From positions 32,001 to 96,000 of the forward strand of contig JBFWRP010000009.1 of NCBI GenBank assembly GCA_050248855.1: DNA of 64,000 bases, written 5' to 3'. Under the pieces are notes generated by a model. It was given only the letters and a program-made list of their open reading frames with translations, was not told the DNA's origin and did not search any database. The DNA is from Planctomycetota bacterium. GTDB taxonomy: Bacteria; Planctomycetota; PLA2; JAEUHO01. This document shows, in pieces, positions 59,874-64,000 of this stretch. Every line of letters starts with the position of its first letter. Position 1 is the first letter of the stretch. Position numbers and translations under genes: made by a program.

Positions 59874-62038
59874 CGGGGATCCAGGGTCTTCGGCGAGCGG
59901 GAGGGGGCCCTCCCCTGCACCACCGTAGTCTCGCCGTCCGACCGGGGGGACGCGCGCTTGTTGCGGCGCGCGGTCACCTTCCCGTCACGATGCCCGCCGC
60001 GGACCAGGGGCAGCGTCACTTCGAGGGTGGTGCCCACACCGTCGGGTCCGCCGCGGGCCCGCACGCGACCGCCGTGCCCCCGCACGATGGTCCGGACCAG
60101 CGCCAGCCCCAGGCCGGACCCCGACACGGCCTGCGTGAGGTACTGCTCGGCCCGGTAGAAGGTCTCGAAGACGCGGCGGCGTTCTGCCCGGGGAATGCCG
60201 ACCCCGTCATCGACCAGGGTCATGCGTACGTTCCTGCCGTCCACGGCGAGGGCCAGGCGGATGTGGGCCTCCTCGCCGCGCCGGTACTTCCAGGCGTTGC
60301 CGAGCAGGTTGGCCACGACGTCCTCGATGGCCTCGGCGTCGTGCCGCACGGGCAGGGGCTGCGTGCCCAGCTGCGCCGCCACGTGGAGGCCCGCGTCCGG
60401 CACGATGCGTCGGAAGCGCTCGAGCGCGCGGCGCACGGCCACGCGCAGGTCCGCCACCTCCATGACGTACGGGCTGCCGCCCGCTTCGCGCCGCGCCACG
60501 TCGAGCATGCGCGCCACGGTGCGCTCCAGGCGCTTGCACTCGGTGTCGAGGACTTCGTAGGCCTCCGCGCGGTCCTCGGCGCCCTCGAGCTTCCCGTCGC
60601 GGAGCATCTCCGTGAACATCGCGATGCTGGTGATGGGCGTCTTCAGCTCGTGGGAGAGGTTGCCGACGAAGTCGGCCTTCAGGCGCGCCAAGCGCACTTC
60701 CCGCGTGAGCAAGCGGACGAGGACCCAGCCGCCGACGCCGATGCCCAGCGCCGCGAGCACCAGCACGAGCCAATGCGACCACGCGCCCGCATCGGCCTGC
60801 GACGCCGGCTCGGCCACGCGGTAGGCACGCAGCCGGAAGGGCGGGTTCCACGCGCCCTCGAGATCCACGAGCGACGCCTCGGCCACGAGCTGCGGGTCAC
60901 TCGCTTCGTCGGCCTCGCCGGCCCCGACGACCTGGACCTCGATGCCCAGGCTGGTCATGCGCGGGTCGGCCACGCGCCGGGTGATCCAGGCCTCCAAGGG
61001 CGACCGCGCGAGGCGCAGCACGGCGAGCGGAGAGTGTCCGCCAACAGGCGGCGGCAGCACGACGATGCCGACGATCTCCGGCGGCGCGTACTGCACGAGG
61101 ACGCGGCCGACAGCGGGCGCCTCGCCCAGGAGCGCCCGGGCGCCCTCGGCCGCTCGCTGCAGCGTGCCCCTCGTTGCCGGGTCGTCGAGGACCGCAGTGG
61201 TCGCACGGATGCGCTCCACTTCCCAAGCGATCTCGTCCCCCCCCGGCCGCGTCGCGTCGAGCAACAGCCGCAGGCGCTCGGCCGCGTCGGCCAGCGGTCG
61301 TTCGAGCTCGTCGGGGCGGACGTCGGGAAGCCCGCGGCTGACACGCATGACCATCAGGGCGATGCGGGCCGCGCGAGCAAGGCGCGCCCGATCGGCCGGC
61401 GCCGAGCGCGGCGCCAGGCGCGCCACCTCGAGCATCAAGGGCACCCAGGTGAGCGAGAGCGGCCAGCGCCCGGCTCCGCCAGCGGGTCGCTTGGTGACCA
61501 CGGGGTAGATCTCGAGCTGCTGGCACCACGCATCGAGAAGCTTGCGGCGCTCGTCGTCATCGCGCGGCGCAGCGAGCTCCACCTGCAGCTCCTTTGCCGC
61601 CGCATCCGCCGCCTCGAGGACCTGCGCCTGCGCGTCGGCCCAGTCCCCGAGCCTCTGGGGTGGCAGGTCGAGCAGGGTGCTGCGATCGACCCAGTGCAGC
61701 TCCCCGCGATCGGCCACGACGAGGTCCTGGACCAACGCCCCCTCGGGCGTGGCCAGGAACGCGCGCCACGAGGCGGCGTCGTCCACGTCGCCCACGCGCG
61801 CGAGCAGCGCGCCCAGGTCGTCGCGTACTTCGCGCCGCAGGTCGCCGAGCCGGGCCTTGACGAGGTCGCGGGCCTCGGCGCGGCGGCGCGCCACGTCGGC
61901 CTTGCGCCCCTGGTCGAACGCGTACAGACCGGCGATCGACACGCCCACCATCAGGGCGAACACGAGGAGGACCACGATCGCGGCCGTCTTCGACCAACGG
62001 CTGGGACCGCGCAGGTCGAGGGCGCCGCGCAGCGACAT
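59870..62038 (-). CDS. Membrane sensor histidine kinase
   Basis: Two TM helices around a large periplasmic domain. SHELKTP, NLLGNAWKY, DDGVGI, F.TFYR, GSGLGL. Confidence 0.93.
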   Translation of the reverse strand: MSLRGALDLRGPSRWSKTAAIVVLLVFALMVGVSIAGLYAFDQGRKADVARRRAEARDLVKARLGDLRREVRDDLGALLARVGDVDDAASWRAFLATPEGALVQDLVVADRGELHWVDRSTLLDLPPQRLGDWADAQAQVLEAADAAAKELQVELAAPRDDDERRKLLDAWCQQLEIYPVVTKRPAGGAGRWPLSLTWVPLMLEVARLAPRSAPADRARLARAARIALMVMRVSRGLPDVRPDELERPLADAAERLRLLLDATRPGGDEIAWEVERIRATTAVLDDPATRGTLQRAAEGARALLGEAPAVGRVLVQYAPPEIVGIVVLPPPVGGHSPLAVLRLARSPLEAWITRRVADPRMTSLGIEVQVVGAGEADEASDPQLVAEASLVDLEGAWNPPFRLRAYRVAEPASQADAGAWSHWLVLVLAALGIGVGGWVLVRLLTREVRLARLKADFVGNLSHELKTPITSIAMFTEMLRDGKLEGAEDRAEAYEVLDTECKRLERTVARMLDVARREAGGSPYVMEVADLRVAVRRALERFRRIVPDAGLHVAAQLGTQPLPVRHDAEAIEDVVANLLGNAWKYRRGEEAHIRLALAVDGRNVRMTLVDDGVGIPRAERRRVFETFYRAEQYLTQAVSGSGLGLALVRTIVRGHGGRVRARGGPDGVGTTLEVTLPLVRGGHRDGKVTARRNKRASPRSDGETTVVQGRAPSRSPKTLDPR

Positions 62039-62073
62039 GCGCCCGCGACGGTAGCACGGGGGCCGTGTCCCCC

Positions 62074-62856
62074 TCAGGCCGGCGTCAAGTCCACGACGTG
62101 GGCCGCAGGGCGCCAGCGAGGCCCCGAGCCATCGCGGACGAGGAGCCCCTCGGTGAACGATGCGTCCTCCAGCACGCCGGCCCGGGCCTGACCCGCTTGG
62201 CGGAAGCGCACCATCTGGCCGCGCAGCGCCAGCCGCGCACGCCAGCCGTCCTCCAATCGCCCGGTGCGGGCGGGGTCGCAGGCATCCCCCATGCGCGCAT
62301 CGAGGCGCGGGAGCAGCTCGATGAGGACCTCGGTCCGCGAGGGCACGCGACCCAGCGCATCGGCCACGCACGTGGTGCGCCGTGCGACGTCGGCGGGCAG
62401 CTCGAGCGGCACGCGGGCGAGGTTGATGCCGATGCCGACGAGCGCACGCTCCCCCCCTTCCACGCGCTCGAGCAGGATGCCCGACACCTTGCGGCCCCCG
62501 ATCCACACGTCATTGGGCCACTTGATCTCGACGTCCCGTGCGCCCAAGGCTTCGAGCGCTTCCGCGACCGCGACGGCAGCCGCTGCCACGAGCGGCGCGG
62601 GCTCCACCAAGGGCGATGCGGCCACGAGCAGGCTCGCGTAGAGGCCCCCGGGGGGCGAGTGGAAGCGACGGCCCTCGCGACCCCGACCCGCGGTCTGCTC
62701 GTCGGCCACCACGACGAGCGGCGGCGAAGCTCCTGCCCGGAGCCGCGCCGCCGCGATGTCGTGCGTGGACGTGACGACGGGCTGGTGCTCGACGCACCAG
62801 CCCGTCTTGGCGTGGACCGTCGGCCCGTCCAGGGGAGGAGCCGACGGGGACTTCAC
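62074..62856 (-). CDS. birA: Biotin-protein ligase (no HTH domain)
   Basis: STH, EQTAGRGR.GR.F.SP.GGLY.S, IKWPNDV...GRKV.GIL.E, GIGIN. Start codon uncertain. Confidence 0.9.
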   Translation of the reverse strand: MKSPSAPPLDGPTVHAKTGWCVEHQPVVTSTHDIAAARLRAGASPPLVVVADEQTAGRGREGRRFHSPPGGLYASLLVAASPLVEPAPLVAAAAVAVAEALEALGARDVEIKWPNDVWIGGRKVSGILLERVEGGERALVGIGINLARVPLELPADVARRTTCVADALGRVPSRTEVLIELLPRLDARMGDACDPARTGRLEDGWRARLALRGQMVRFRQAGQARAGVLEDASFTEGLLVRDGSGPRWRPAAHVVDLTPA

Positions 62857-62860
62857 GAGA

Positions 62861-63244
62861 TCAGGAGGCGTTGTCGCCGCCGCTGCTGTCGGGCTTGGCG
62901 AGGTCGGCGGCCTTCTGCTTGAGGGCGGCAAGCTGCGCGGAAACCTGCACGGCGACCGTGCGGTAGAAGCCGAAGGCAAACACTGCCACCCCAATGGTCG
63001 GCAGCCAGAACATCATGAACTTGCCTTCCGGGAAGTCGATGGCTGCGATCAGCTTGGCCAGGGCGGCGATGCCCGCCCCCACCAGCATCAGCAGGTTGCC
63101 TTGCGCCTTGGACTTCGACCAGATCCAGAAGTTGAGGAGCGCCAACACGCCCCAGATCAGGAACGGGACGAAGAACTCCAGGAAGTAGCTGGGCCGCTCG
63201 TAGACGAGCTCGGCGACCGTGAAATCCAGCGACGGAATGGGCAT
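62861..63244 (-). CDS. Small membrane protein (about 3 TM)
   Basis: GGAGG RBS and three hydrophobic helices. Confidence 0.7.
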   Translation of the reverse strand: MPIPSLDFTVAELVYERPSYFLEFFVPFLIWGVLALLNFWIWSKSKAQGNLLMLVGAGIAALAKLIAAIDFPEGKFMMFWLPTIGVAVFAFGFYRTVAVQVSAQLAALKQKAADLAKPDSSGGDNAS

Positions 63245-63356
63245 GCGTGCCTCCGGGGGGGATGCAGTGAAGCGTTGGCCAGGGAGTCTACCCCCTGGCC
63301 TCCCTCCCCAAGTGCCCTGCACGCCGGGATCCGACGCACCTCGTAGGATGAGGCGG

Positions 63357-64000
63357 ATGGAAAGCCCGGCCCCGCGCCACCCCCGCCTGCTGGCCGCCTC
63401 GGTGGGCCTCCTGACCCTGATCGCCGGGCTCGCGGCCCTGCAGCCCGCAGCGGGCCACGCCGAGGAGGGCGACGAGGCGGCACCCACGATCACGCTGGAC
63501 CCGACGTTCTTCGAGCAGCGGATCCTGCCGATCATCCTGTCCAACTGCGGCGAGTGTCACGCCAACCCGCGCAAGCGCCTCGGCAAGCACTTCCTGGTCC
63601 CCTACCCCGGGCGCAAGGTCCGTGAGCGCCACGTGCGCAAGAACCTGGAGACCATCCGTCGCTACATCGTGCCCGGTGACCCCAGCAGCTCGACGTGGCT
63701 GCTGAAGGCCCTGGGGCCCCGTCAAGGGGGCGTCGAGCACGAGGGCGGTCAGCGCATCGCCATGAACAGCCCCGACTACGGGGCCATGGTGGACTTCATC
63801 AACGGCGCCTCGATCGCGCCGACGCCCTTCACGCCCCCTCCGCGCGTGGAGGGCGAACCCGACTTCCGCTTCTTCGTGGCCAAGGTCGCGCCGCTCCTCG
63901 CGTCGGACTGCGCGGAGTGCCATGGCGGCAAGGGCAAGGGCCGCCACAAGCTGGTCGTGGCGGAGGAGGGCGAGGCGCTCGAGCTCGAGGAGCACCTCGA
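63357..64000 (+). CDS. Secreted multi-domain c-type cytochrome (planctomycete cytochrome c-like), 3'-partial
   Basis: Not in the ORF track because it runs off the window. Translated by hand: signal peptide, FEQRILPIILSNCGECH...PGDP.SS..L.K....H.GG, second repeat FVAKVAPLLASDCAECH. Confidence 0.85.
   Translation, partial: MESPAPRHPRLLAASVGLLTLIAGLAALQPAAGHAEEGDEAAPTITLDPTFFEQRILPIILSNCGECHANPRKRLGKHFLVPYPGRKVRERHVRKNLETIRRYIVPGDPSSSTWLLKALGPRQGGVEHEGGQRIAMNSPDYGAMVDFINGASIAPTPFTPPPRVEGEPDFRFFVAKVAPLLASDCAECHGGKGKGRHKLVVAEEGEALELEEHL

Overview
A very GC-rich bacterial chromosome segment, probably Planctomycetota. That assignment is inferred from the HEAT/vWA proteins, planctomycete-type cytochrome c, the long signal peptidase I and the lepA-lepB-lptB order. 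Most of the window is housekeeping genes (topA, leucine dehydrogenase, DinG-type helicase, rsfS, nadC, dapF, rph, rdgB, lepA, lepB, lptB, etfBA, birA, a two-component pair) mixed with secreted or signalling genes. Four things stand out. (1) A secreted FG-GAP/VCBS-repeat gene (3962-5296) appears to read through an in-frame TGA in a Gly-Sec-Cys context, followed directly by a bacterial SECIS-like hairpin, so it is a candidate unannotated selenoprotein. (2) A 5.3-kb decayed island sits in tRNA(CAU) and duplicates the 5' half of the tRNA instead of the usual 3' half. It carries candidate integrase arm sites, an integrase fused by deletion to a TIR remnant, a putative ADP-ribosyltransferase-like/DUF6575-like pair and a DUF6941-like/HicB/HicA triple. 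(3) A dispersed ~100-nt structured intergenic element occurs twice with compensatory base changes. (4) There is a BlaI/BlaR module with clear operators, and many genes show signs of leaderless initiation. All family calls come from reading motifs by eye; no database searches were run.
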